DNA of 64,000 bases from Centroscyllium fabricii. Its lineage: Eukaryota. A program made the position numbers and the translations under genes. Location of the stretch: positions 63,674,001 through 63,738,000 of the forward strand of contig JBNRSN020000017.1 of the NCBI GenBank assembly GCA_051313645.2, read 5' to 3'. The notes beneath the pieces are model-generated. The model ran no database searches. It was not told the DNA's origin and was given only the letters and a program-made list of their open reading frames with translations. Below are positions 37,353-50,522 of this stretch, in pieces (positions within the stretch are counted from its first letter, which is position 1; the number at the start of each line of letters is the position of its first letter).

Positions 37353-39534
37353 GTGAGTAGCATGTAGTTTTACGTCCCTGCTGTTCCGACTGTGCTAACA
37401 ATTTCATGGTCAACCACGCGTTGGGCACAAGAAACAGGATGCTATTGTTCTCATATGCAGCCGACGAGATCTTTTCTCCAACGGAGTTTACATTGAAACT
37501 GCAGCGAACAATAGCATCAATTCTTGATTATGCTATGCCTTGCTTCTCTTGCATTGCTTTGCATGATTTTACTGCTCATCTGCTGAAACAAAAGCAGTAC
37601 TTTTTTTTCTTTGTTTTAAAAAAAAAAAAAAAAAAAATTATTGCTGGTCTGAACTCCAGAAGGCATTTTCAACAAACTTGCATTAAATAAAAAATATCTT
37701 GTACTCTTCCTAAAATCATTAAGTTTATCCTGTTTATGCAATGCCAAACTACTGGAAGAGATGTAAACCGATATTTTGTAAAACTGTCCTTTTTAGATTT
37801 GAAGCCTAGCACTTGGCGCTTCTAAGATGATGGTACTCTTCCTACTCGAGTATCAAGTTTACTTGGAGCTGATCTGCATCAGCTGCCATTTTTGCATCAG
37901 TACCAGTGCACTAGAAAACTGAATCATGGTGCATTATAATCTAGCAACTGCTTTTAAATGATTTTATATTTGCTTAAAAAGTGAGAGTTTTACTTTGCAA
38001 AGAGCAGACTTTTTTTTTCTGGCGTAAAATCCTAAGCAACTTTATTGCACAAAAAAATAATTATTCTGAACAGTTTTATTTACAGCTTTGGTTTGTGATG
38101 GACCTGTAAATATAAAATAACTTGACCTTTTCCAGTGTTTTCTCAGAGCTGCTGGCAGGAATTTAGCATAGGGACAAGAAATTGCAGGAGTCACTGGTGC
38201 AGTATGTCGGGAATTTGCTGGTTTTTATCTAACTCATCTAAAGTAACTTCTCCACGTTCTGTAAATACCTTGTATGTTTGTTTAAGTAGCTTCCTTCTGG
38301 AGAATACAAGTTCTGGAATATAATATCTGCCATTCAAAAAATGTGAATCTGGATGTGCTAAATGTGCAACGGCAGGATAAGAGATTATACTGTGAAGGAC
38401 ATCTTTGGTTTCCTGCAAGTATTTATTTGGCAATTCCTCCTCTGCATTTCAAAAGTTGATTTAAGTTTGAGATACCAACATTTATTAAACATGCTCTTGA
38501 CCAGTTTCTGTGCAGCTGGAAATCCGAATCGGCTGTAAAGTTCAAGGGAAAGCTGCTTTGCTCTGCTATATCTGTTTGACTGATTGGAGACAGACTTTTA
38601 ATGCATTCTCTCTCTTATCCCTTCCGGATGTTTATGGCTCAGTAAATAGATCTTGACTCTGTCTGCATGATATAGAGAATAAGGAATATGCACAGTTTAT
38701 ACTTGGATATTTTCCGGTGCTATTAAAAACAAACATCATGGGGATATTTGTCCAATAAATATTACATTACAGCCCAAATATTTGCAGTTTGAAAGACTGG
38801 GCTTTGTTTTTCATCACCTTATTTGAAATGTATAAAATTACTTTCTGAATTTATTACTGTTTTTTCTAAAGGCTTGCTTATTGCTAAAATATGTACACTA
38901 GGTCTTGTGTAATTTCAAGGTTTAAAAAAAATGGTTCCAATATAATCGCATAGTAAAAAGTACAATGAATTGCCATCAAATGCAACAATGCAAGCAAGGT
39001 CAAAGTGGCATTTGCATGTGGCAGTATGCTCAATTCTTGACATGAGGATAATGCTTGAGGGGGCTAAATAGTCACAGATTGAAGATTTTTGTTCGAGATC
39101 TGAGGCTCGGGGCTCCAGCTATAGACAGTGGTAGGACTGCCTTCTTCCTTTTGAGACCACCAAATGAGTGAGAAACCTCGTAGATAGATATATAAATAAA
39201 AAATGATCAATTAGGCCAGTTGCAACTTAACTGGAACTAAATGAATCTCAAGATCACCCACAACAGATGAATGTAAAAATATTCATCCATGAAGTCTGTG
39301 TTGTGTCACTCACTAATCTAGACAAATGTGGAGGGCTTGTCTCAGTTGCTGAAGACATGGCCACTGCTTAAGTACTCAAAGGGAGTAATGTAGCCTGATT
39401 CAAGTGGGGAAGTCATAATGCTTTGAACTGTTTACAGAAGCAGGCAGATCCAAGCAAGCTGTATGTAGGGCAGCTTGATTTGATATATAACTGATCATAG
39501 TTGACTTGATAGTGAGTCACTTCCCAAACCTGCA

Positions 39535-39815
39535 GTCTCTACCACCTAGAAGGACAAAGGCAGCAAGCGCAAAGTGACACCACCTCCAAGTTCCCTTCCA
39601 AGTCACACACCATCCTGACTTTGAAATATATTGCTGTTACTTCGTTGTTGCTTGATCAAAATCATGAAACTCCTCCTTAACAGCACTGGGAGTACCTTCA
39701 CCACATGGACTTCAGTGGTTCAAGAAGGCAGCTCATTGCTACCTTCTCGTGGGCAATTTGAGATGAGCAATAACTACAGACTTGCCAACGACACCCACAT
39801 CCCATGAATAAATAA
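39535..39815 (+). mobile_element. LINE 3' end (third tail type)
   Basis: Matches 12355-12560 inverted; ends cccacatcccatgaataaataaaa. Confidence 0.7.
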
Positions 39816-42514
39816 AACAAAAAGCAGTTGTGAGTAACATCTTTTTCCTTTCTATCCAGGGGATCCTGAGAGCAGTTATTGTGCTGCTCCCATCACCGCC
39901 CTGGCTAGGACAAACTCTGCATAGACCTGGGAATCATTCCAAGCGCGCTTCCTGGTTATGTCTCAATGCGACATTGCATTAACTCCCCAAACCACTGGGA
40001 AAAGCCTAAACCCCTCTCATTTAATGTGGACCCTTGTGCCATTGAGCATCTTTCCAGACTGATCTGAAAATCCTGCATATAATTTTACCTGGCCTCTTTA
40101 CGTCACATGCCCCCATGATGCAGGTTTAAATAGATAACCTATTGGATTCAACTGAAAAGTGAAATGATCCCTGGAAGTGTAGAGGTTGCTGAATCATTGC
40201 CATAAAAATTAACTTATTTCCCTCTCTAGTGAACTGCATACAGTAAGCCAAGTTATTCAGTGTTATTTCAAATTTCCCCCTTAAAGTAAACTTTTCATTT
40301 TGAGTTGTAACTGCTAATGGCAGGAAGTGATCTCCGTGCACTGAGATTTTTCAGAACTTGAATTTTCAATCAAGGCTCTGCTGTCCCATATAAAAAAAAT
40401 TCTAGTAGTCTGACCCAGTTCATGAAACTTTAAACCATTAAGGTTGCTAGATTGATGGAAATAAACTTTGAAGTAAGGAGTTACAAATCTGTAGAAGTGG
40501 TGCCATGGCAATTTTTATATTTTGCATAATAGGTGTTATAAATTCATTGAATGCCAGGATTATTTTGTTCTTTGAACTTTTTCATCTCTGTTGGGTGAGG
40601 TTTTTGGTCCATTCTCTAAACTGGATATTGTACAGTATGAGGCACAACCAAGACATGTAGCTTATGCCACTTAAACTGCATTGCCTACTGGCTGGCTGCA
40701 GTGTGAAGCTAATGGTTGTGGAGAAACCCATGACCTTTACTAGCCCACTATTTTAGTTGATAAAGTGCAATTGGCAAACCTATAATTTGAGAACCAATAG
40801 TAGTTTGCCTTGATTTTTGTGAAAAGTTAAGTCCTATATCTCCAATTACATTTAACCAGCCTTTGTGTTGGACACTGCCTTGTGAAGCTAATTGCACCAA
40901 ACAGCAACTATCAACTCTACTGTCCATGAAAACTTGAGACTTAAAGGAGTTTCACAAATTGAAGATCATACAGATGAGTGAAAACATGTAAAATCTATTA
41001 TATACACAGCTCTGGAAATTGTCGTCTGTGCAATAAATGTTGGACCTAATGGGGTCTCTATCATGTTCTGTTCACTATGCAAGCTCTAAACTGTGCATCT
41101 TCGCTGTTCCTTCACTTAACAAGTGTTAGTGGTATTCCTTTTGGATGATTTACTGGAAACTACTTATCGCAAGCAACCCTCAAATGTTTGAACTTTAGTT
41201 ATTTTGCTTTCCAACGATGGTCAGATGAAAGATACCGAAATTTCTGTCTTGAAGAGTGGGTGCAGTGAATTAATCCTGGAAGACCCCATCGTTTTTCTTC
41301 AATGCTGCCCAATCTTAAAATATCGGGCTCCAATTTCCTTTTTTGAAAGAAAAAAATGAACGATGTAAAGTTTGTTTATTTACTTTTGAAGTCTTCAATC
41401 ACTCGTGTGTCCAGCAAAAACAGGCTGTAGTCAGTTGGAGCTTATGGTTCTAAACATGAATACATGACTGTTTCTGAAGGTAAACTAATCAATATTTCCA
41501 AAATGGAAGGTGATGTCAGTCTGATGTGCTTGCATGGGGCTCAGCTTGTGAAGTGTTCTAGGATTGAATAGAATAGCCGGGAAATGAAAAACCAAATTAT
41601 CCCACTTTTAAAGCACTTGTGCAGCCTCTTCTAACTGTCACAACTTTTATGTAAATATTAATCAAAATGCTTTCTGCTAACACACTTTATTTTGGCTTTG
41701 TATAGTATGTATGGACATGCATTCATGAGCCTGTCTAAGAATACTTTTGTAGTTAACTTACAAGTCAGACATGAAGTGTTCCTCATGGTTTCCACTTGGG
41801 AGGGAAGGGTGGTTACTGCTGAGTTGAATTCATGTAAAGAATTCTTGGCATCTATCTCGTCAGTATATCGCACATGTTTAATTATGGGAATGTGCTTTCT
41901 CCCAACCAATTAGTGCTGGAGGCAGAATACAAACTTGCATTCTCAATTTTTGAATGCATCATTGTAATGGGAAAATACAATTCAATTCTCTTAACCAGTG
42001 GGGCAACTTCAGCCCTGCTCATTAATCTCAAATAAAATGGTGCCATAGTTCTTCTTAAGCTAATGTACCCATTTGATAAATGTTCTGGAATCAGATAAGT
42101 GATGATGATGGCAATAAATTGGATAGATGACCCTACTGATGGTCTAAAAGCTAAACTTGACTAGAATCAATGAATGTGGAGATTTTATAGAATGATTCGT
42201 TCTCTAGAAATTTCCTCGTGAGGATTAGCTTGCATTCAAAAACTAATTTCCCAATTTTGCACTACATGCAACAATGGTCACCTTGGAATCCAAGTCATAA
42301 GAAAATGTAATATTCTGACTGGTCTAATATTACACCTCACTGTTCCAGGTAATCTGGAGCCCCCACTTCCTTGCCCTTGCAGTTTGGCTACATCTGTCAG
42401 ACTGGTGTGTGTGCTGAAGGAATTATTTTCTGTGGCCTGGCCAAAAGTAAATCCGAAGCAGTTGGATCTATTTTAATACTTCACCAACCCTCCAATATCT
42501 GCATGGTTTCCAAC

Positions 42515-42563
42515 TTGTGCTTTTAGTTTTACAAGCCCTTGTGCTTTTAGTTTTACAAGCCCT
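42515..42563. repeat. 24-bp tandem duplication
   Basis: cttgtgcttttagttttacaagcc twice. Confidence 0.88.
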
Positions 42564-43090
42564 TTAACGAATAGTTTCCATCAATCCGAAGCAGCCTTGC
42601 ACAATCTGTGACGTCACCAGAATTAAATTTAGCTAACTGATGCAAGACCAGCTGGAGGTTATGGTCATTGCGCCAGTTGCATGATTATTGCAAGCTGTGT
42701 AAAGTAGATATTAAGTTGACTTTTAATCTATCTTGTTGGAAGTCTTTGACATTCAAATCTAACTGAAATTTGGATGTTGATGAACCGACTTGGGCAGAGC
42801 TTAATTTTCCCTGACCCAGAGAGCAGTGGGTTGGGGTAACATAACTAGTCTGCTTGCTCCATGTTGCCATCAGGTGCTGGTCTCTAACATTCTTGTCGTA
42901 AAACACTGTAGCTGATCAAATATGTAGAAAAGCACTGCAAACGTTGCAAAAAAAAACCCAACCCAAAACAACAATTTGCCTGCCTTCCACTAATTCAATT
43001 GTCGATGGGCAGTAATTTGGGCCACCATGTTGGTGTGGCTTTGGTGAACTATTTCATTACTCTAAAGATTTCTTTTGTCCATTTTTTTAG

Positions 43091-43198
<108 letters not shown>

Positions 43199-43269
43199 TG
43201 AATTTCGAAGGTGACAAACTTTTCCTAACTAGCAGCCCTCCCTGATATTTTTATCTTGCGCATGCATTT

Positions 43270-43615
43270 TGTTGGTTCAAGCCCCACTCCAGGTCAAGCG
43301 CACATCACCTAGGCTGATACTTAAGTGCAATGCTGAAGGAGTGTTGTAGGTGCCGTCGCAGATGAGACAGGCAAATGGAAAAGATCCCAAAGGCACATTT
43401 TTCAAAGATACAGGAAGCTAGCTGTGTCCTTGCATCCTTTCCTCAACAGACACCACCAAAACTGATTATCTGGTCATTCATCATCACTGTGGGACCTTGC
43501 TGTATACAAATTGGCTGCCATGTTTACCTAGAAGATGATGACTACATTTCAAAAGTAATTAATAGGGTGTAGAGTACTTTAGAATGTTTGGAGAATGTGA
43601 AAGGTGCCATATAAA
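43270..43615 (+). mobile_element. Degenerate DeuSINE/SacSINE1-like copy
   Basis: ggttcaagccccactccag head and body similar to the reverse complement of 851-1299. Confidence 0.65.
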
Positions 43616-43617
43616 TA

Positions 43618-44195
43618 AGAACATAAGCAGGAGTAGGCCATACGGCCCTTCGTGCCTGCTCCGCCATTCAATAAGTTCATGGCTGATCCGAACTTAGATT
43701 CACGTCCACTTCCCTGCCCGTTCCCCATAACCCCTTATTCCCTTATCAGCTAGGAAACTGTCTCTTTCCGATTTTCCGATTTGAATTTATTTAATGTCCC
43801 AGCTTCCACAGCTCACTGAGGCAGCAAATTCCACAGATTCCCCACCCTCAGTGAAGAAATTCCTTCTCATCTCAGTTTTTGAAAGGGCAGCCCCTTATTC
43901 TCAGATTATGCCCCCTAGTTCTAGTCTCCCCCATCAGTGGAAACATCCACCTGATCAAGCCCCCTCACAATCTTATGTTTTGATAAGATCGCCTATCATT
44001 CTTCTGAACTCCAATGAGTAGGGGCCCAACCTACACAACCTTTCCTCATAAGTTAACCCCCTCATCTCCGGAATCAACCAAGTGAATCTTCTCTGAACTG
44101 CCTCAAGAGCAAGTATATCTTAAATATGGAAACCAAAACTGTACGTGTATTCCAGGTGCGGCCTCACCAGTACCCTGTATAACTGCAGCAAGTCT
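43618..44195 (-). mobile_element. CR1-clade LINE 3' fragment
   Basis: Starts aagaacataagcaggagtaggcc (tail on the minus strand); similar to 3600-4165. Confidence 0.85.
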
Positions 44196-45539
44196 TTCTG
44201 GTTGGCTTTCTATTTGAGGCAGGAGATGGGGCAGATGTTGTCTGATTTTCTTTAAAAATGATCATTTTGAATGTGAATTTAATGCATTGACCTACTTGCC
44301 TATTAAATGAAGCCCAAAAGCTAATTGTTCTGTTACTTGGATCAATACAGCAAATATTGTGAAGTTTAACAAAATGCTTGTCCAGTGTTCAGAATGTGTC
44401 TTGGGTCAATGGCGTCTATAGGGTTAATGGCAACATGTACTTGGAAGTATCTGTTAACAACAATCAAATATAATTGTAGACTTTCCAGATAGTTATATGT
44501 AGTTGTGGTTCTCAAATTATATTTAAGTAAAATAAATGCAGTTAATAGGCAAAGGATTTCGTTTTGCAATTTTTTAAACAAGTGTGGAAAGTAAACTGAA
44601 CCTTTTCTGAATGCTCCTGCGGTTATAAATTTTAATATTGCTACTATATTTTGCCTGTCTGGGTGCTGTTTATATAGGTGTGACTTGTACCTGGGCACAT
44701 CACTAATTGCTCCTGCACCTCTGTTAACTTCTAGTCCTATTGGGTAATACAATACTGTAAAATGACTACCTGTATATAATGCAGGACTGCTGCAGCCTTA
44801 TTATTTGTGTTGTCAGTTGACAAGTACATATCTCTCGTGTCTGCATGAAGTTCTGGTGAGGTGGAGAAAATTAATCATTTCAAGTAAAGCTAGTCCAGGA
44901 AGCGGTCTAAAATTTCACTGGTATTGTCTCCCTTCAGTTGCTTTTGGTCCATAATTTGGCATCTATGTACGTAGCCAGAGAATAAACCCATTCAAATGAA
45001 AACTTTACCCTTAATAATCCACGTTTACACTATTGGGTTATGCTGCTGTCCTATCAATTGAAAGTCTCTCATTGATCTTTGGGGGCTACAATTTTTCTTG
45101 TAGCTTTAGTCTTCTGCCTAAAATGCCCAATTGTGCAAGTTATGTGGCTAATCTCAAATTTCTGAGACCTGGCCTATAATCAAGGCTGCACTTCAGTTCT
45201 GGTATTAGTCAGGCTTCAATCACCCATGTAGTTTGATTTTAGTATATAAAAGCTATTCGCCTGGCCAAATTTGGCCTGTGAAAAGCTAAACTTCCTGGCC
45301 CAAACTGTTGTATTACTTTTCAGAGTATAAACACAAGAACTTTCACAAGTAACAGTCACAAATGAAAAGGAAATTGCGGTTGTAGAGTGTAAGGAAGGTG
45401 CTTCCTCATTATGAGGGATAGTTAGAAAGATAATTGTCACTGGACTGCTCTTGTATCTCCTGTGCTCTTGTACCAGCCAATTTCCTTTAAAGGGGCTATG
45501 TCCACATTCAGTTTGACAGTTCTGCAGCATTGAGGTGCT

Positions 45540-45770
45540 GCAAACAGACAAGCATCACCGAGGTGTACGACTGCACCCAGGCTCTCCCATGACTCCCAGC
45601 ATGCAGGGAGGTTCTCTTCCCTTCCAATGGGCGGAAGAGACCTCACCAGGACACCAACGCAACCTGGTTGCACATTGCACAGGAGGGCACAAGCAGGGAT
45701 GTCATCAGGAGGACTAGGCTGCAGTCATACAAGCCTTTCAAAGGTCTCAATAGATCATGAAACGTTACTG
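45540..45770 (+). pseudogene. Decayed Myb/SANT-like coding remnant, probably from a Harbinger transposon
   Basis: Fragments APRLSHDS and TWLHIAQEGTSRDVIRRTRLQ..K.F..L resemble the APRFS / WxxIA / RtxxQCrKrfnDL trihelix pattern; frame broken. Confidence 0.5.
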
Positions 45771-45879
45771 CCAAGCCACACTTAACCTCATCCTGCTGTG
45801 CCACTCATCACATCCCCATCAATCTGCCTTCCCTACCCTACTCCTGTACATCCTTACACCAACTTAGCTTGCACCTCCT

Positions 45880-45950
45880 CTCACTGGCCCCCTCTGTTCT
45901 CACTGGCCCCCTCTGTTCTCACTGGCCCCCTCTGTTCTCACTGGCCCCCA
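45880..45950. repeat. 19-bp tandem repeat, about 3.5 copies
   Basis: ctcactggccccctctgtt repeated. Confidence 0.9.
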
Positions 45951-47779
45951 TGTCCAATCATTCAAACTAACACACAAGGGCACTTGTGTGCTTTAGCCAA
46001 TGTTCGTGTAAAGTTTCTGTTCATGTTCTGTCAAGCATTGACATCCTTACTTTCACCACTTTGCCTTTGGAGGGATTTGTGTGCACCTTTTGAAAGTGTC
46101 TTAGTGAGTTGCAGTGAATGGTAAGACATAATGCACCCCCCACCCATCACCTGCAATAGTGATGTGTGAAAGGAATGGCTTGAGCATTTAGGGATGCTTT
46201 ATGGTGTTGGTATGGGGTGGTGCCAACCTGGCGTATCCTGTTGCAGCCAGGATGTTCAGGGTTAAATGAAGCAAATCTGGAGATGGTGAGGCCATCACTG
46301 GTGTCCTGGGCAGCTATGTACACGGGTGATGTCTTGTGTAGCATCAGTTGATTGCAGAGAAATTAGTGTGAATGTTGGTGCTGCTGGTGCTGCTGGCGTT
46401 GGGGCTGATTTGTGGTGCGATTCTGAGGACCTGATGCTGATGGAATAGATGGCAGGAGCAATCTGCCAATGGTGGGAGAGGTTGTTCCAATGAGGTGACA
46501 CTGGATAGAGAGTTTGCTCCAAACACTTGCAACCTGCATAAAGCTCAGTCTGCCTTCCAAATGCAGAAGGCAACAGCTTCTAACCTTGGAAAGTGAACAA
46601 CTATAAAATGGAAGCTTTCGTAGACCATTTGCAGCTGCCAGGTTAGGGAATCATTCCATGCTGACACAACACCCGACTACTTAGCTGACGTGATCACCAC
46701 GCTCTGGAAAACTCATGGAAAAGCTGGTAAAATGGTGTTTAACTACCTTTTAACAAGCTTTTAAGTATCTAAATTGTCTGACCTGCTTGGTGTCTGGTCT
46801 GTTTGGGGATGACGGACCCGGCACTTGGGAAACTGTCCAAGGGGGCAGGGATACCAACCCACTGTCAATCTTTGAATTTTGACAGCGGACCCGCCTCCCA
46901 AATCGCACTCTGAGCGCCGGCAAAATTCTGGTCCCAAGGTGGAGAAAGTAACGAGCAGTTTTAAAACTACAATGTCACCTCTAATGCAATCTGGTCATTC
47001 ATTCATACTGAAGAAATGAAAGCTGGATTTGTTTTTTAAAAAATCTAACATTTTGCAAGGTATAATTTTAGGTTCTTTTTAATTCACAAGACTCATCAGG
47101 CTGTTTTGGTGTGTGCTTCTCAAATATTAGATAGCCATGCATGTGACACATGGCTTTTAAGAAAATAATAATTTTGGGAGAAAAACCTTGACCTTAACAC
47201 CACTATGAATGTTTCAAATATTTTGACATTAGTCATTGTTAATTATACTATTCAAATTGGAATATTAAATTTTGTATGCTATATTTAGCTGTTTAGCTAT
47301 TTGCATCAATATTCATTAATGTCCTGCAAATCTAACTGATCCAGCAATGCACACATACCAGTTTGAGGTTATTAATTCTATGTGGGCAAGCTATTTAACA
47401 CACTTTCAGAATCTTCGTATTCAACTTTGCCGTTCACAGTCTCCAATCATTCTGATCATGTGGTAATGTACAGCTGATAACTGTCACTAATCTGACTAGC
47501 TTTGGACTGAAATTAATATCCTGGATTGCAGGAGGCAAATTTTTAATGTATCTTATCTTTGCCATATTTGGAGTTCTGCATTACAGAAAGATTTTTTCTT
47601 TAAAATATTTGAAAATGATGGCATTTCACACTTCTAAAGCTATTGGTAAGGGAAAGTTTTTTAAATCCTTGGTCTGAAGCAGCACATCTGCAAGTTATTT
47701 AACATCTTTAAAGTGCTGTGGTCTGATCCCCATGGTGGTATTTTTATACTCAAACCCGAGTGATATTGTAGCAGCTTCC

Positions 47780-48590
47780 ACAGTGGAAGTGTCTACTGCT
47801 CCAGCGACAGTTCCTTGGGGGCGGTGAGGTGGGGGACGACGACATTTGGTTGCTTTGTGCCTCCCGTTGGTGCCCTAAGGAGGTGCAAAGCAGCCAGTGC
47901 CTGGACATGGCAATGTTTGCGCCGCTCGCAAAATTGACTAGACGTTTTGCGGCAGCGCTAACCACTACTGCCACGATCTCCTGCGCCCACAGATCGTGAT
48001 GTCAGTCGAGCGTGCAATGACCTGGTAGCGCCCCGGACCGGATATTGAGTGGTGCCCCCTGCCTTACCGCCTGCCGCTAACAACGTTAGGTTGAAGAGTG
48101 TTTTGCAGTCGGGAAGGGACTGGGGGAGTGCTATTTAAAGGCGACCGCTTCCTGCCTTTTTTTTTGTCGGTGACATTTTTGCACCATGCATTCGGAGACA
48201 CACTTCTGGAGAGATTCAATGCTGTGAAGGAGTTTTGGGTACTGAGCAGCACTTTGCAGGTTCATTTTGATTTGACCATGCATTGATTTGGAGGAGACTA
48301 CGGAGGCTGCACTCCCCTCTTTCCCTGTGGGTCTCCGTTGTTCTTTCCAGCAGTTTTGATGTACAAGTCTCTCCAGGCCGAGATTCAAGGCTGCAATGAG
48401 CAGGGTGTGGGTGGAGAGCAAGATCGACCCTCCGCTTTAAGAACTGGCCGGCGCCATTGTCTGTTCCATTGCTAACTGACCTCACATGAGCTTCGCCAAC
48501 GCTCTGAGTTAGCACCCCGCTCCTTGGCGTTGGCACCTTGAGAGGTGTGTAGCACCTAATTTAGCGCTCCAATCACCTCCAGGGGCGATG
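47780..48590. mobile_element. CpG-rich degenerate Harbinger-like remnant
   Basis: TAGCGCC / TTAGCGCT motifs as in the MITEs at 6877 and 61235; termini not resolved. Confidence 0.4.
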
Positions 48591-49179
48591 GAAGCCAAGA
48601 TGTTCTCAAACGGAATCTGCTCGGTGATCTGAAGCTGCATGTAATGACTTCCAGGTCTGTTCGACTCCTATCTTCACAAGCCAATAATATATTGGCAGAA
48701 GAATCTTCAAATAATAAAAAACAAGACTTTCTCTCTCATGGCTATATCTACGCATGAATGTAAAGCCTTCCAACCAGAATTGCAAAGATATCGGATGTTC
48801 TTGGGATTTCCAATGTAATGTTATTTACTCCCCAGTAACTTACTTTTGAGAAGAAAATTCCTAATTGGGGGATGCTGGAGAACATTAATGTTTCACTGTT
48901 CCATTTTGTCTTTTTGCCATATTCTGCATCCTTTTCCATTTCTGTTCCTGATCAGAGGATTCTAAACTCTTGCTACAGTAATGGAGTGAGTTGACCATTT
49001 GCAAACAAATGGTAATTTTGAATAGGTGTTCCTATGAGTAAGATGCTTGTCAATGGCTCTTCACAGACTGAGCTGCCACCCTCCAATGCCATAACCACTT
49101 GTTAATATTGATGTCTATGTTTTAAAACAAGTTACATAACCTAAACACACAATGCTGGGTTATTCATCTGTGGAGACAT

Positions 49180-49335
49180 TTTTCTCATCACCTCAAAATA
49201 GCTGATAAGGGAATAAATGGTTACAGGGGACAGGCAGGGAAGTGGACATGAGTCGAAGTTCAAATCCGCCATGATCCTATTGAATGGCGGAGCAGGCCCG
49301 AGGGGCCATGTGACCTACTCCTGCTCCTTATGTTC
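49180..49335 (+). mobile_element. CR1 3' UTR fragment
   Basis: gccatgatcctattgaatggcggagcaggcccgaggggcc...ctcctgctcct. Confidence 0.8.
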
Positions 49336-50157
49336 TCAAATCTTCTAGCCTTGGCCCTTGAGTAAAACCTGTAATGTCTGCACTATAGTGTCAGATTTCA
49401 CTTTGTGGCTTGGACAGGGAAGGATTTCAGGCATAAAGTTCTGCGTGGGGAGTGCAAGTTGTAAAATCAGCTCCGATGTTCTGCAGTAAAATGGTACCGG
49501 GATTGACCACTGTAATGGCAAGGTTCTGAACGCCAGAGACTGGGTTCTGTGCTTGATCGTGTAGATAACTTTACAGTTGACCCAGATCTGGATATTGTTC
49601 CTGCTAAGCAAGATTACTTCCATCGTCATTTAACTAAAACATCCCTTCAATTTCAGTTCAGTAGTTCTCCCTCACTGGCATCCGCCCAGCAGCTGAGCTT
49701 GTCTCCTGCTAGTTGACATGGGATATGTATTTTGTGTGCTGTGGGGGCAGTTCAACTCTTTGCGGGTGGCAAGTTGAGCTGCACGGGTACTCTGATAATT
49801 GCTTAAGTGAGTTGAATGGCTCAATCGTAGTAAGTATTAAAATAAATGTGCCACAGCTGCTTTATATTTCCAGTTCTCTTAACCAATCCTATTTTGGCCA
49901 ACTATGAGCTTTGTCGGTTGGAATTTCAACACTTCTTTGGTCTTAAGAGCAAAGCAAAATACATATTCTTTCACAAATCTTCAGCCTGTACGCTTTGTAA
50001 TAGTAACCAGATGGAGTAGAATTGAAAGATAATTTTGTGTAAGAAACAGTTCACTGTTAGAGAGCACAGTACATTTATACCCTTTATATTCTTTAACATT
50101 GCTTTGTCCTGCAGATGTCACAAATTTAAAATATTAGTCAAATGGAATTTAAAAAAT

Positions 50158-50522
50158 AAAATATTTATTCATTGATGGGATGTGGGTGTCGCTGGCTGGC
50201 TAGGCCTGCATTTAGTGCCCATCCCTAATTGCCCTTGAGAGGGCATTAAGAGTCAACCACATTGCTGTGGGTCTGGAGTCACATGTAGGCCAGACCAGGT
50301 AAGGACGGCAGATTTCCTTCCCTAAAGGACGTTTGTAAACCAGATGGGTTTTTGCAACAATCGACAATGGTATCATGGTCGCCATTACTAAAGAGTATTT
50401 AATTCCAGAATTAAATTGAATTGAATTTAAATTCCACCAGCTGCCGTGGTGGGATTTGAACCCATATCCTCAGAGCATTTGACTGAGCCTCTGGCTTACT
50501 AGTCTAGTGACATAACCACTGT
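50158..50522 (-). mobile_element. tRNA-headed SINE with the third-type LINE tail
   Basis: Minus-strand head gtggttatgtcactagactagtaagccagaggc...gggttcaaatccca; tail shared with the LINE ends at 12355 and 39535. Confidence 0.75.

Noticed and set aside
38510-38550. Possible third loop-1 exon or B1 duplicate (tgcag...tccgaatcggctgtaaagttcaag)
   Set aside because: It shares CCGAATCG with B1, but the B1-like frame is out of phase with the nearby AG and no good donor follows; probably chance.
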